Part shown: positions 18,826 through 29,665 of the stretch, in pieces
How the letters are laid out: each line of letters opens with the position of its first letter
Numbering within the stretch: the stretch's first letter is position 1
Source: Spirochaetia bacterium
GTDB lineage: Bacteria > Spirochaetota > Spirochaetia > DSM-2461
Assembly (NCBI GenBank): GCA_963666985.2
Contig: CAXXIA010000001.1
Span: 1,440,001-1,504,000 of the forward strand
Length of the DNA: 64,000 nucleotides
Direction of reading: 5' to 3'
The notes under the pieces: generated by a model
What the model saw: the letters and a program-made list of their open reading frames with translations, nothing else
Told to the model about the DNA's origin: nothing
Database searches by the model: none
Position numbers and translations under genes: made by a program

Positions 18826-20178
18826 ATGAACCGAATCGGTATTATTGCCGTTTGCTTGGCCCTGACGGTCGCCGGAACGGCGCTTTGGGCGGGCGGAGGA
18901 TCCGATGCCGGAGACAAAGGCATCACACTCACATACGTGTACTGGGGCAGCCCGGCCGAAGATGCCGCCGTAAAGGCGGCTCTGGCCGGTTTCGAGGCCG
19001 CCCATCCCGGAATTACCGTTGAACCCATGTACCTTCCGGGCGACCTCGACGGCTCCACATACAATGCGAAAATGAAAGCTCTGGCGGCATCCGGAACCCT
19101 GCCCGATGTGGGCTACTTCCGCCCCGAGGAGTTTTTCAACTACGCATCCAAGGGATTCTTTCTTCCGCTGGACGATCTTATCGCCCGTGACGACATGGAC
19201 GAATCATACTTGTCTCAGACATGGCTTTCGGTCGGCGATTCGACCTACGGCGCTTATACGGCCGCGGAATGCCAGGTGATGTGGTACAACAAGGATGTTC
19301 TTCGGAACGCCGGAGTGCCCCTTCCTCCGACCGAATTCGACAAAGCCTGGAGCTGGGATGAATTCACCAAATATCTGAAGCAAATCACCGTGGATGAAAA
19401 CGGGAAACATCCGGGACAAGCCGGTTTCAATCCCGAAGGAATCAAAACCTACGGAGTTGTCTACGATCTTTGGAACGCCATGTATTATCCCTCTCTGTGG
19501 AGCAACGGCGGCAGTGTTTATTCCGATGACGGCACAAAAATCGTTATCGATTCACCCCGGTCCGTCGAAGTCTTCCAGAAGCTGGCAGATCTGATCAACA
19601 AAGATCACACCATGCCGTACATGGGCGGCGGAAGCGGCCTTCCCTCCCCGTCCGTTATGCTGGCCAACGAGCAGCTCGGATTCTGGGTTACCGGTCAGTG
19701 GACGCTTTTGGAACTGGGGGGCATGAAGGATTTGCCTCTGGGCGTGGCGGCTCTGCCCATCTTCAAAAAACCGGCTCAGATTTACCTGAGCGGACTGAAT
19801 GTCGTTTTCGCCGAAAGCAAACACCCCGATGAGGCATGGGAACTGCAGAAATGGATGATGAATCCTGCCGAAACCCTCGACCTCTACACGTCGGGACTCT
19901 GGATGCCGACGAAAAAATCCTTTTATTCCGATCCTGCGGATCTGGCGAAATGGATCGAAAACGACGTTCATCCCGACGGCTTCAAAGAAGCGGTCCTGGA
20001 TTCGATGTCCGTGGCCGTTACCGAACCCATCAAAGTGAAAAACACCAACCAGATTTGGGGGGACTATCTGAACGCCGCGATTGAAAGCATTTGGATCGGC
20101 AGCAAATCCGCCGAGGAAGCTCTGACGGAAGCCGCCGCGAAAGTCCGCGCCTCCGGTCTTCTGCAGGGGACCTTCTAA
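18826..20178 (+). CDS. Carbohydrate ABC transporter substrate-binding protein
   Basis: Signal LWAGGGSD, LPDV, MWYNKD, WSWDEF; 450 aa. Confidence 0.93.
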   Translation: MNRIGIIAVCLALTVAGTALWAGGGSDAGDKGITLTYVYWGSPAEDAAVKAALAGFEAAHPGITVEPMYLPGDLDGSTYNAKMKALAASGTLPDVGYFRPEEFFNYASKGFFLPLDDLIARDDMDESYLSQTWLSVGDSTYGAYTAAECQVMWYNKDVLRNAGVPLPPTEFDKAWSWDEFTKYLKQITVDENGKHPGQAGFNPEGIKTYGVVYDLWNAMYYPSLWSNGGSVYSDDGTKIVIDSPRSVEVFQKLADLINKDHTMPYMGGGSGLPSPSVMLANEQLGFWVTGQWTLLELGGMKDLPLGVAALPIFKKPAQIYLSGLNVVFAESKHPDEAWELQKWMMNPAETLDLYTSGLWMPTKKSFYSDPADLAKWIENDVHPDGFKEAVLDSMSVAVTEPIKVKNTNQIWGDYLNAAIESIWIGSKSAEEALTEAAAKVRASGLLQGTF

Positions 20179-20222
20179 GTCCGTTTCCAACCCGACGGTT
20201 TCCGGACCGTCTTGAATACAAT

Positions 20223-20249
20223 CCGCCCGGATTCGTCCGGGCGGTTTTT
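20223..20249 (+). terminator. Stem-loop/terminator after the binding-protein gene
   Basis: CCGCCCGGA-TTCG-TCCGGGCGG followed by TTTTT. Confidence 0.7.
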
Positions 20250-20304
20250 AAAACCGATTGATGATGGGTGCCGTCCCCCGGATAACGATGGAAAAGGAGT
20301 GAAG

Positions 20305-21207
20305 ATGAAGTCGACGCGCCGCGGCGTCATTTCAAAAAGGCAAACCCGATGGGGATGGATTCTCATAATGCCGCTGACGCTGGGATTAAGCATCTGGGTT
20401 GTGTTTCCCATGGGACTCAGCCTTGTTACAAGCCTGACGCACTGGGACATGATAAGCCCGCCGACATTCGTAGGCCTGCAGAACTACATCCGGCTTTTCT
20501 CCGGAGACGAGCTGTTCCTGCGGTCGGTGAAGGTAACGCTTTATTACACCGTTCTCTCCGTTCCCCTTCAGCTCGCAACGGCATTCTTCGTTTCCATGCT
20601 TTTAAACAGCGATGTCAAAGGACTTGGGATTTTCCGGACAATCTATTATCTGCCCTCGCTTATTCCCATCGTCGTTACCTCCATTATGTGGCTGTGGCTC
20701 TACAACGAGCAGTACGGTCTTTTGAACGCGATGTTCTCCGGACTCGGACTGGGAAAAGTGGGATGGATCAGTAATCCGAAATTGGTGATTCCCAGCCTGG
20801 TCGCGATGAGCATCTGGGGCGTGGGCAATGTGGTGGTGATTTTTCTCGCGGGGCTTCAGGGAATCCCGTTATCCCTGATCGAAGCGGTAAAAATCGACGG
20901 AGGAAACGCGTATCACGCTTTTCGGCACGTTACGCTTCCGCTGATGAGTCCGGTGATTCTGTACAATATGATCGTGAGCATCATCAAATCTCTGCAGCTC
21001 TTCACCGAGCCTTACATCATGACCGGCGGAGGACCGGTCAATTCATCGCTGAGTTTTGTTCTGAACATTTACAACAACGCTTTTAAGTACAGCAAAATGG
21101 GCGAAGCGAACGCCCTTGCCTGGATGCTCTTTCTTCTGACGCTGATTCTCTCCGTCGTCATCTTCAAAACATCCGCCAAATGGACCTTTTACGGAGGCGA
21201 CCGATGA
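20305..21207 (+). CDS. Carbohydrate ABC transporter permease
   Basis: FRTIYYLP and LAGLQGIP..LIEAVKIDG EAA loop. Start moved to ATG 20305 after AGGAG. Confidence 0.93.
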   Translation: MKSTRRGVISKRQTRWGWILIMPLTLGLSIWVVFPMGLSLVTSLTHWDMISPPTFVGLQNYIRLFSGDELFLRSVKVTLYYTVLSVPLQLATAFFVSMLLNSDVKGLGIFRTIYYLPSLIPIVVTSIMWLWLYNEQYGLLNAMFSGLGLGKVGWISNPKLVIPSLVAMSIWGVGNVVVIFLAGLQGIPLSLIEAVKIDGGNAYHAFRHVTLPLMSPVILYNMIVSIIKSLQLFTEPYIMTGGGPVNSSLSFVLNIYNNAFKYSKMGEANALAWMLFLLTLILSVVIFKTSAKWTFYGGDR

Positions 21208-22040
21208 GTTCGTCACGAACGCGCGCCGTATGGAAAATCATGAAATATACCGTCCTTATCATCGGCGCGGCAATCTGCATTCTGCCCCTTCTTTGGCAAA
21301 TCCGCAGCTCGCTGATGCCGATGGAAGACATCTTTAAACTGCCCCTGATTATTTTTCCAAAATCGCTGGAACTCAAAAATTATGCCGATGTTTTTGTTCT
21401 CGCGCCCTTCGCCCGATACTACCTGAACACGATTTTTGTGGTTATCGTCAACATCATCGGAGCCGTCGTTTCCAATGTCTGCATCGCTTACGCGCTTGCC
21501 AGATTGGATTTTCGCGGACGAAAACTCATGTTTTCCCTCAGTATCGGGACGATGATGCTGCCGGCATCCGTGCAGCTCATTCCTCTCTTTCTTGAATGGA
21601 AATGGCTGGGAGGAATCAATACCCTCTATCCTCTGACGGTTCCGGCTTTCTTCGGCAATGCTTTCTTCATTTTCCTTCTGGTGCAGTTCTTCCGCACCTT
21701 GCCCCGCGATTACGACGAAGCGGCGATTATCGACGGCGCGGGTTATCCTCAGATTATCCGCAAAGTGATTATCCCCCTTGCCCGCCCGGCCATTGCCGTG
21801 GTTGTCATCTTCCAGTTTCTTTTCAGCTGGAACGATTTTATGGGACCGCTGCTTTTTATCAACGACAGCAGGCTTTACACCCTGTCCGTCGGACTCCGTT
21901 CGTTTCTCTCGACCTTCTATACGCCATGGCCCGCCCTGATGGCGGCGGCAACCCTGACCGTCATACCGCTCATCATTCTGTTTTTCCTGGCGCAGCGGCA
22001 TTTCATCGCGGGACTGACCATGGGCGGTCTTAAAGGCTGA
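21204..22040 (+). CDS. Carbohydrate ABC transporter permease
   Basis: YALARLDFRG, EAAIIDGA, WNDF, GGLKG end; ATGA overlap with the upstream gene. Confidence 0.93.
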   Translation: MSSSRTRAVWKIMKYTVLIIGAAICILPLLWQIRSSLMPMEDIFKLPLIIFPKSLELKNYADVFVLAPFARYYLNTIFVVIVNIIGAVVSNVCIAYALARLDFRGRKLMFSLSIGTMMLPASVQLIPLFLEWKWLGGINTLYPLTVPAFFGNAFFIFLLVQFFRTLPRDYDEAAIIDGAGYPQIIRKVIIPLARPAIAVVVIFQFLFSWNDFMGPLLFINDSRLYTLSVGLRSFLSTFYTPWPALMAAATLTVIPLIILFFLAQRHFIAGLTMGGLKG

Positions 22041-22091
22041 ACAAGAAATACACATGCCGAACAACGAAACCATTCCCTTAAGGATACATCC

Positions 22092-24029
22092 ATGCACATG
22101 AGAACTCCGACCCTGAAAGACGTAAAACTTACCGAAGGCTTCTGGAAATCACGAACCGACATGATTGCCGAATCGCTTATTCCCTATCAGTGGGACGCTT
22201 TAAACAACAGAATCCCCGGCGCACCGGAAAGTCATGCCGTGGAGAACTTCAGAATCGCCGCCGGAGAAGCCGAAGGCCGGCCCGAGGGAATCATTTTCCA
22301 TGACAGCGACATAGCCAAATGGATCGAGGCGGCCTCATACGTACTCTCCGTTCGGCCCAATGCCGAACTTGAAGCGATCATCGACGAACTCATTCGTCTT
22401 ATCGCCAAAAGCCAGAAGAGCGACGGTTACGTCAACACCTATTTCATCGCCGAAGGAGACGAGCACCGCTGGTCGGATCTGAAAATGGGGCACGAGCTTT
22501 ATTGCGCGGGGCATATGATGGAAGCGGCCGTCGCCTATTTCAAGGCGACCGGCAAACGGAAACTTTTGGAGGTGATGTGCCGATTCGCCGATTACATCGG
22601 CGAGGTCTTCGGACCGAATGAAGGGCAGAATCACTCTTACGGAGGACATCCGGAGATTGAACTGGCCCTCTACAGATTGGCAGACGCCACGAAAAATCGC
22701 CGGTATGAGGAACTCGCCGAATACTTTATCAACATTCGCGGTACGGTTGAGAACTACCATATCGGAGAAACCGCCGATCCCGGAATGAATCACGACAACA
22801 AATGGTTCCGCGAAGATTACTTTCTTGCCCACGAACCGGTCCGCGGCATGAGAACGGCCGACGGACATGCCGTTCGCGCCGTTTATCTTTACACCGCCAT
22901 GACGGATCTGGCACTCAGGCAAACCGACGATGCCATGGTTGAGGCTCTTGGGGCCCTCTGGCGGAATTTGACGCGGCGGCGGATGTATATCACGGCGGGA
23001 ATCGGACCTCAGGGCCGAGGCGAACGATTCACCGTCGACTACGACCTGCCTTCCGATACCGGATATACGGAAACCTGCGCAGCGGTCGGGCTTGTCTTTT
23101 GGGCCTGGCGCATGACGCTTCTCAATCCGGCCGGAGAGTATGGGGACGTTATCGAAAGAGCCCTCTTCAACGGGGCATTAAGCGGCATGTCTCTCGACGG
23201 TACGAAATATTTTTACGTTAATCCTTTGGAAATAAATCCCGCAATCGCGGAATACCGTTACGATCACGACCATGTTAAAACGGCCAGAGTTCCGTGGTTC
23301 GACTGCGCCTGCTGCCCGACGAACATCGCCAGGCTCGTATCCTCGGTTTCTCAATATTTTTTCTCCCGAACGGATAAGGAGATTTGGCTGCACCAGTATG
23401 CCTCCGGCGAATACGGCATCGAATTGGAAGAGGAATCCCTGAACCTGATTGTTAAGACGGATTATCCCTGGGACGGACGCATCCGGATTTTCCTAATGTC
23501 CTCTTCATCCTCACATCTGCCGCTTCACTTGCGAATCCCCGCATGGTGCGAAGACTTTACCCTGGCGCTCAACGGCGAGATTCTCTCGAATCCCGGAATA
23601 GAAAACGGCTTTGTCACCATCGAGCGCCTTTGGGAAAAAAATGATGAAATCGAACTGGTTCTGAAGATGTCCGTTCTCTTCATCCGCGCTCATGGGGATG
23701 TCGTGGAAACCGCCGGAAAAATCGCCGTGCAGCGCGGGCCTCTTATTTACTGCTTGGAGGAACAGGATAACGGCCCCGGACTGCACCGGATTCTCATCGA
23801 CATCGAAAGCGAACCCACCGTACTTCCCGACGACACCCTTCTCGAAGGCGGCCGCATCGTCGTACTCGACGGATTCCGTGAAGAAAAGGATACGGATGAA
23901 ATACTGTATCGGCCCTATGAAAAAAATCGCGGCCTGAAACCATGCCGAATCCGCGCCATTCCCTATTTTCAATGGGGAAATCGGGGGCAGAACCAAGAAA
24001 TGAGAGTCTGGATACGGTCAATAAAGTAG
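22092..24029 (+). CDS. GH127 beta-L-arabinofuranosidase-like protein
   Basis: FHDSDIAKWIEAA, HELYCAGH, GHPEIELAL, GHAVRA, GERFT, ETCA, CACCPTN (Zn/Cys nucleophile motif). Confidence 0.93.
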   Translation: MHMRTPTLKDVKLTEGFWKSRTDMIAESLIPYQWDALNNRIPGAPESHAVENFRIAAGEAEGRPEGIIFHDSDIAKWIEAASYVLSVRPNAELEAIIDELIRLIAKSQKSDGYVNTYFIAEGDEHRWSDLKMGHELYCAGHMMEAAVAYFKATGKRKLLEVMCRFADYIGEVFGPNEGQNHSYGGHPEIELALYRLADATKNRRYEELAEYFINIRGTVENYHIGETADPGMNHDNKWFREDYFLAHEPVRGMRTADGHAVRAVYLYTAMTDLALRQTDDAMVEALGALWRNLTRRRMYITAGIGPQGRGERFTVDYDLPSDTGYTETCAAVGLVFWAWRMTLLNPAGEYGDVIERALFNGALSGMSLDGTKYFYVNPLEINPAIAEYRYDHDHVKTARVPWFDCACCPTNIARLVSSVSQYFFSRTDKEIWLHQYASGEYGIELEEESLNLIVKTDYPWDGRIRIFLMSSSSSHLPLHLRIPAWCEDFTLALNGEILSNPGIENGFVTIERLWEKNDEIELVLKMSVLFIRAHGDVVETAGKIAVQRGPLIYCLEEQDNGPGLHRILIDIESEPTVLPDDTLLEGGRIVVLDGFREEKDTDEILYRPYEKNRGLKPCRIRAIPYFQWGNRGQNQEMRVWIRSIK

Positions 24030-24040
24030 ATGCTTAATCG

Positions 24041-25066
24041 CTATCCTGCGACAGGGCAGCTGCTCTCCCTGATAATCAGCTGCGGATACATGATAAGCCG
24101 CCTGGGTGCAGGATTCTCACTTTCTAATAGTTGAATCATCATCTCGGAAGCCAAAGTACCAAGCCCCGATGTGTTCATATCCATAGTGGTAAGGGGCGGA
24201 ACGGCAATCTGGGAAAGAATTGTATTATCCTGGGCTACAACCGTAAAATCTTCCGGAACCGAAAGACCGGCGGATCGTGCGGCACGAAGAGCACCCAATC
24301 CCATTAATTCATTTGAAGTAAACACGGCCGTCGGATGATCTGAAGAAGCAAGAAGCGGAGCCAGGGCTTTTTCGGATAATTCAATAGTGTTGAAATGATC
24401 CGGATCATTAATAAGAATGATCCGCCCATCCTTTACCAAATACCCTTCGACCTCCATTCGCTTCCGGAATACACGCTCCTTACCATCAAAGGACATAACC
24501 GATGCTGCACCTCGAAGCATGGCGATATCCTTATGTCCAAGGGAAAAAATGTAATCCATCACATGTTCCATGCCCTGTTCCTGATCCATCATTATAAGGT
24601 TGGAATCCATTCGTTCAGGATTCCCATTGATAAGAACTACAGGCACAAGTTTATTCAACTCGGAATACAATCCTGAATTCTCAGGACGCCGCGAAACTTC
24701 CACGATAACGAGTCCATCCACTCCCGAATCCAGAAAACGGCGAAGAATATCTTCCTCTTCCTCGTCCCGAAGAATGGAACTGGCGAAATTGCACATATAT
24801 CCGTCTCTTCGAAATCTGACTTCCATAGCGTTCATAATGGATGCGAAATAGGGATTTTCCATATTGGTAACAACAACACCGATTCGAAAAGACTGCCCCT
24901 TAATAAGTCCTCTGGCTGTCAGGTTGGGTCTGTATTCCAGTCGTGCAATCGTTTCTTCCACTGTTTTCCGGGCTTTCTCACTCACCGGATGATTATTCAG
25001 CACTCTTGAAACCGTCGCGATGGAAACACCTGCCTCTCGGGCAACATCTTCGAGTTTAACTTTCAC
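24041..25066 (-). CDS. LacI family transcriptional regulator
   Basis: LEDVAREAGVSIATVSRVLN, YRPNLTARGL, VPEDF, PPLTT. Confidence 0.95.
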   Translation of the reverse strand: MKVKLEDVAREAGVSIATVSRVLNNHPVSEKARKTVEETIARLEYRPNLTARGLIKGQSFRIGVVVTNMENPYFASIMNAMEVRFRRDGYMCNFASSILRDEEEEDILRRFLDSGVDGLVIVEVSRRPENSGLYSELNKLVPVVLINGNPERMDSNLIMMDQEQGMEHVMDYIFSLGHKDIAMLRGAASVMSFDGKERVFRKRMEVEGYLVKDGRIILINDPDHFNTIELSEKALAPLLASSDHPTAVFTSNELMGLGALRAARSAGLSVPEDFTVVAQDNTILSQIAVPPLTTMDMNTSGLGTLASEMMIQLLESENPAPRRLIMYPQLIIRESSCPVAG

Positions 25067-25118
25067 TGTTTAATGCTCCATATCTATTCATATTCAGTAT
25101 AAACTTCCAACAGACGTC

Positions 25119-25955
25119 TCAACCCTTAACGGCGCTATCCACCATTCCGCGAATAAAATATCGCTGAAGAATGAGGAAGAGAACAACAACAGGAAGAACA
25201 GCTGTTACGGCGGCAGCGGCAGCCGCTCCAAGATTGGAAGACGATTGAGCAAAAAAAGTAGACACGGCCAAAGTAACTACTTTCATCCTGGGTGACTGAA
25301 GAAGGAACAGGGAAAACTGAAAATCATTCCAAACGGCAACACTTGTGAGAATTATCACTGTAGCTGTTACCGGCTTCAACAGAGGAAGAATAATACGCCA
25401 AAATATTACGGAAGGCCGACAACCGTCAATCAAAGCCGCTTCATCAAGTTCCCGGGGAATTGTTTTCACAAAATTTGCATACAGAAAAATCGCAATCGGC
25501 AACTGAAAGGTTACAAGAACCATAATGATGCCCCAATACGTACTCACTCCTCCCATCCTTGTTACAATGGTAACCAGAGGAACCAGCATGCTTAATGGGG
25601 GAACCATCATAACTGCCAAAATTGCCCGAAGGACAATACGATTTCGGCGGGAAGCATCCCTTGCCAGGGGATAGGATGCCATCGAAGCGATTACAATAAT
25701 TGCAATAACCGTAATAATCGTAATCAGGGCACTGTTTCCCATGGCCAGCAGGATTTTCGCTTTTTCCACGGCCATCCGAAAGTTATCCCAGTAAATTGAA
25801 GCGGGAGGAGTCCATCGGGAACTCAGATCGGTTTTGGGCTTCAGAGCGACATTCACGGAAATATAGAGAGGAAGCGCATGAAGAAGACCTATTAAAATCG
25901 CTGGAAGACTCCACAAAGAAAAACGAATGCGGGATGACAACTTATTTTTTTTCAT
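25119..25955 (-). CDS. Carbohydrate ABC transporter permease
   Basis: IPRELDEAALIDG, WNDF, multiple TM segments. Confidence 0.93.
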   Translation of the reverse strand: MKKNKLSSRIRFSLWSLPAILIGLLHALPLYISVNVALKPKTDLSSRWTPPASIYWDNFRMAVEKAKILLAMGNSALITIITVIAIIVIASMASYPLARDASRRNRIVLRAILAVMMVPPLSMLVPLVTIVTRMGGVSTYWGIIMVLVTFQLPIAIFLYANFVKTIPRELDEAALIDGCRPSVIFWRIILPLLKPVTATVIILTSVAVWNDFQFSLFLLQSPRMKVVTLAVSTFFAQSSSNLGAAAAAAVTAVLPVVVLFLILQRYFIRGMVDSAVKG

Positions 25956-26833
25956 TAGGCAATCTCTTTCCGATCCATAAGATTCTGTATAACCGAGGTG
26001 ATAATCAGGATAAGAAGGAAGAGTAATATTCCCATAGCCGCCGCATAACCGGCTGATTGAGAGCGGAAATATGTGTAATCAATCAGGGTTGATAGGGAAT
26101 GGGATGAGTAACCCGGTCCGCCTGCCGTAACGGCCTTTACAACATCGAAAAGCTTCAATCCACCAATAAGATTCAGAACAACACTGGTAACGAAGGCCGG
26201 ACGAAGCAGTGGAATCGTTATGTGACGGAATTGCTGAACAGTGGAGGCTCCGTCAATCTGGCTTGCGTCGTAATACATGGACGGAATCGTCTGGAGACCG
26301 GCCAGGTAGATTACCATTGAAATTCCGCAAAACTGTATTGTGTTCATAAGAACAAGAAGTCCTACGGCTCTATTGCCCTGGGCAAGCCAATCCACTTTTT
26401 CCCATCCAAAAATCATCAGGATGTCGTTCAATGCACCGTAGTTGTATTGAAACAGGAAATACCACATATAGCCCATAATCACTGGAGCTATAAGAACCGG
26501 AAGATAGATAAGGGCTCGCGATAAATTTCTTCCCAAAATACGTTTGTTGAGCAGGAGAGCATACGAAAGCCCTAAAACTTGTTCGAAAAAAGTCGATGCA
26601 AATCCGTAAACAAGAGTGTTCAATAATGCTCTGAACATGTTCTCATCGCCGAAAAGCCTCCGAAAATTCTCTATCCCCACATAATCATAGGATTGGGAAT
26701 AACCGTTCCAGTCGGTAAAGGCGATGCGTATTCCTTCGATGAAGGGATAAACAATAAATACAAGGAACAGTACAAGCGCCGGAATGTACATCCAGTCGTT
26801 CGAATGTGATCGGCGTGATTCGGGAAGTTTCAT
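25955..26833 (-). CDS. Carbohydrate ABC transporter permease
   Basis: AFTDWNG, YLAGLQTIP..YYDASQIDGA, TAGGPG. Confidence 0.93.
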   Translation of the reverse strand: MKLPESRRSHSNDWMYIPALVLFLVFIVYPFIEGIRIAFTDWNGYSQSYDYVGIENFRRLFGDENMFRALLNTLVYGFASTFFEQVLGLSYALLLNKRILGRNLSRALIYLPVLIAPVIMGYMWYFLFQYNYGALNDILMIFGWEKVDWLAQGNRAVGLLVLMNTIQFCGISMVIYLAGLQTIPSMYYDASQIDGASTVQQFRHITIPLLRPAFVTSVVLNLIGGLKLFDVVKAVTAGGPGYSSHSLSTLIDYTYFRSQSAGYAAAMGILLFLLILIITSVIQNLMDRKEIA

Positions 26834-26859
26834 CCATCATACCTTTATCTGGCAAAATG

Positions 26860-26894
26860 CCTGGCGCCGTCCCTTTATAATGGACGACGCCAGG
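26860..26894 (-). terminator. Stem-loop between the binding-protein and permease genes
   Basis: CCTGGCGCCGTCC...GGACGACGCCAGG inverted repeat. Confidence 0.55.
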
Positions 26895-26917
26895 ATTATC
26901 GAAAAAATCCTGAAGAA

Positions 26918-28165
26918 TTACTTGTAGAGTCGTTTAAAATCCTCAAGCATCTTATCAGCGGCTTCAGTGACTGTCATATCACCTGAAAGAATACCGGTTC
27001 CGGTCGAACACATCGTATCCCATATTCCATTGGGTAAAAATGCCCGGTCAAAATACGGGAAGGCGGAACATTTTCCCCATTTCGCGTAGTCATCAGACAA
27101 GGCACCGGTGTCGCTGACGGCATCAACAAGTCCGCAAGGAATGGCATTGGCCGTTGCCATGGCAGATGCATTTTCAGGACGGGCAAGAAAGGCAAGAAAA
27201 TCTTTGGCCTGCTCGGGATAAGCGGTATCCTTCCAGATACCAGCTGTTGTTCGTTCACCTGAAATCAGACTGGGCTGGTCTCCTTCATAATATGCGGGAA
27301 CGGGAATGAATCCCAAATCAGCATCCGCATTGTATGAAAGGGCTTCAACAATGATGTAATTTCCCAAAAAAGTGAAAGCGGTATCTCCGACACCCAAGGC
27401 TCGAGCGGTATCGCTGAACGTTGAAGTTAAAACATCTTTATTTAAATAGCCTTTGTCGGACATCTCTTTCATCAGTCCGGCAAGCAGTTCCCATTTTGAC
27501 GTGTCAAATTTTCCTGCAAGAAGATCATCGCCGCTGTAGTTGTTTTCATCGGTGATATAAAGAGCGGGAGCCGCCCAATCAAAAAAGTTACCGACAGTCC
27601 AGTTATCCCTGCCGCCGATATGTACAGGAGTAACACCACTGGCCTTAACAGCGGCCATGGCATCGTACAGATCCGACCAGGTGATAATTTTATTTACATC
27701 AACACTGGCTTTTTCAACAACGGATTTGTTGTATGCAATTCCGGCCATATCAACATCCAGAGGAAGAACATAGATATGCCCTGCCTTATCGGTAATTACC
27801 GGCTTGATGGCCGGATGAAGACGGGATGCCCATTCCTGATCTTCCAGCGGCATGAGATACTCACTATACCGCAGAACAGACCATCCATGTGTCGACCAAA
27901 GATCCGGTAGATCGTTGGTGGCCATCTTGGATTTCATCAGAGCCTCGTATTCCGAAGAACCGGTAATGAACTCTACAAAAACATCATCATGAGAATCGTT
28001 GTATTCATTAACCAGATTCTCAATAAGGGTTGTAGCGACTTCTCCGGCCTGAAAATTAACCATGAAAGTCAATTTTGCCTTTTCATCATCGGATCCGCCC
28101 GATGCGAAAAGAGCCGCCGATGCCATCAATAGACAAAGAACCGTCAAATAGAGCCGTGCTTTCAT
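26918..28165 (-). CDS. Carbohydrate (raffinose/melibiose-type) ABC transporter substrate-binding protein
   Basis: Signal LFASGGSD, DLPDLWSTHGW, GIAYNK; co-oriented with a GH4 gene. Confidence 0.88.
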   Translation of the reverse strand: MKARLYLTVLCLLMASAALFASGGSDDEKAKLTFMVNFQAGEVATTLIENLVNEYNDSHDDVFVEFITGSSEYEALMKSKMATNDLPDLWSTHGWSVLRYSEYLMPLEDQEWASRLHPAIKPVITDKAGHIYVLPLDVDMAGIAYNKSVVEKASVDVNKIITWSDLYDAMAAVKASGVTPVHIGGRDNWTVGNFFDWAAPALYITDENNYSGDDLLAGKFDTSKWELLAGLMKEMSDKGYLNKDVLTSTFSDTARALGVGDTAFTFLGNYIIVEALSYNADADLGFIPVPAYYEGDQPSLISGERTTAGIWKDTAYPEQAKDFLAFLARPENASAMATANAIPCGLVDAVSDTGALSDDYAKWGKCSAFPYFDRAFLPNGIWDTMCSTGTGILSGDMTVTEAADKMLEDFKRLYK

Positions 28166-28214
28166 AATATACCCTCCTTAATATCGAGTCACCGGAACCG
28201 ATCCGGTTCGTCTG

Positions 28215-29528
28215 TTACACATATTCGGGAAGCCATTCCCGATGAGCTTCGAAAAGTTCATCGCATAACGCAATAATTCTTTCCGGAGGTAATTCGCCGG
28301 CGGTATGAGGATCGAGCATGGCCGCCTGATAGACAAGTTCCCGGCTTCTGCTCAAAGTTGCCTCAGCAGCCAGAATCTGAACGTTGATATTCGTTCGATT
28401 CAATGCCGCACACTGAGGCGGAAGCGGAGGAACCGTAATACCGTGGATTCCCGTCCCGTCAACCAGGCAAGGAACCTCCACAGCTGCTTCCTTCGGAAGA
28501 TTAGGAATAAAGGAATATTCATTGACAATATTTCCGTGGATACAGGAAGGCTTTCCCGTTACAACGGAATCCATTATATCCGCACCATATTCCACGGTTC
28601 TCTTATGCTCGATTTTTCCTTCAGCGATTATTTCCTTATAATCTTCATGCCAGTCCGCTATCTGTGCCCGGCAGCGTCTGGGATACTCGTCCAGAGGTAT
28701 TGAAAATCGATCAATAAGATCAGGAGAGTCCTTGCGAATCCAATACGGTGTATATTCCGACAAATGCTCGGAAGACTCGGTTACATAGTAGCCGAAATAC
28801 TTCATCATCTCGAAACGAACCATATCGTTATGAAGACCTGACGCATTCTTTTCCGCGGCTCTTTTTTTTATTTCAGGATAGAGATCGGTATTACCATCCC
28901 GAATTTCCAGAAGCCATGCCATATGGTTAATTCCGGCGATTTTCCATTTCGGATTATTCGCTTCCATGTCCAATGATTTAAGAAGATGCGGGACACAAAC
29001 CTGAACCGAATGACACAAGCCTACAGAGGAAATGGATGATGCCTTCTGAATCGCCGCCATAATAATTGCCATGGGATTGGTATAGTTCAAAAGAAGGGCA
29101 TTCGGACAAACATCTTCCATTTCCGCCAGGAAATCGAGCATAACCGGAATGGTTCTCATGGCTCTGAAGATTCCGGCAATACCCAAAGTATCGCCTATGG
29201 TTTGAAGGAGTCCGTAACGTTTGGGGATTTCAAAGTCCGTTATCGTCGCCGGATCATATCCGCCAACCTGGATTGCGTTGATAACAAAATCGGCTCCTCT
29301 CAGCGCTTCACGGCGTTCGTATTGGCCCAAATGAACTGAAATCTGAGCGCGATTATCATTCAATGTCTCGTTGAGAGCTTCAAGAACAGTTTTTGATTCG
29401 GTCAATCGATCAACATTGATGTCGTAGAGAGCCACATGAGAATCTTTGAGGGACTCTGTTAAAAAGGCATCGCCAATAAGATTCTTAACGAATATTGTAC
29501 TGCCGGCTCCAAGGAATGTTATTTTCAT
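28215..29528 (-). CDS. melA: GH4 NAD+/Mn-dependent alpha-galactosidase/alpha-glucosidase
   Basis: KITFLGAGST, QTIGDTLG..GIFR, LNYTNPM, GLCHSV, GINH, TESSEH. Start taken as ATG 29528. Confidence 0.9.
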   Translation of the reverse strand: MKITFLGAGSTIFVKNLIGDAFLTESLKDSHVALYDINVDRLTESKTVLEALNETLNDNRAQISVHLGQYERREALRGADFVINAIQVGGYDPATITDFEIPKRYGLLQTIGDTLGIAGIFRAMRTIPVMLDFLAEMEDVCPNALLLNYTNPMAIIMAAIQKASSISSVGLCHSVQVCVPHLLKSLDMEANNPKWKIAGINHMAWLLEIRDGNTDLYPEIKKRAAEKNASGLHNDMVRFEMMKYFGYYVTESSEHLSEYTPYWIRKDSPDLIDRFSIPLDEYPRRCRAQIADWHEDYKEIIAEGKIEHKRTVEYGADIMDSVVTGKPSCIHGNIVNEYSFIPNLPKEAAVEVPCLVDGTGIHGITVPPLPPQCAALNRTNINVQILAAEATLSRSRELVYQAAMLDPHTAGELPPERIIALCDELFEAHREWLPEYV

Positions 29529-29558
29529 CAAGCATCCTCTGCAATTCTGTAATTATTC

Positions 29559-29603
29559 TTAAAACGTTTGCAATATATTTCCATAACCACGATTCACTGT
29601 CAA
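29559..29603 (-). promoter_or_regulatory. melA-operon promoter with LacI-type operator
   Basis: TTGACA at 29603-29598; TTGCAAACGTTTTAA (29573-29559) is a CG-centred LacI-family pseudo-palindrome just downstream of the -10 region. Confidence 0.6.
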
Positions 29604-29631
29604 GAAGAAATAATCTTTCTTAAGAGAATGG

Positions 29632-29665
29632 GATAAAAAGAATCTACTGTAAGTATTACAGTAGA
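29632..29665 (-). terminator. Terminator of the DUF2264 gene (or an operator)
   Basis: Perfect TCTACTGTAA-GTA-TTACAGTAGA palindrome (29643-29665) followed by TTCTTTTT on the minus strand. Confidence 0.6.
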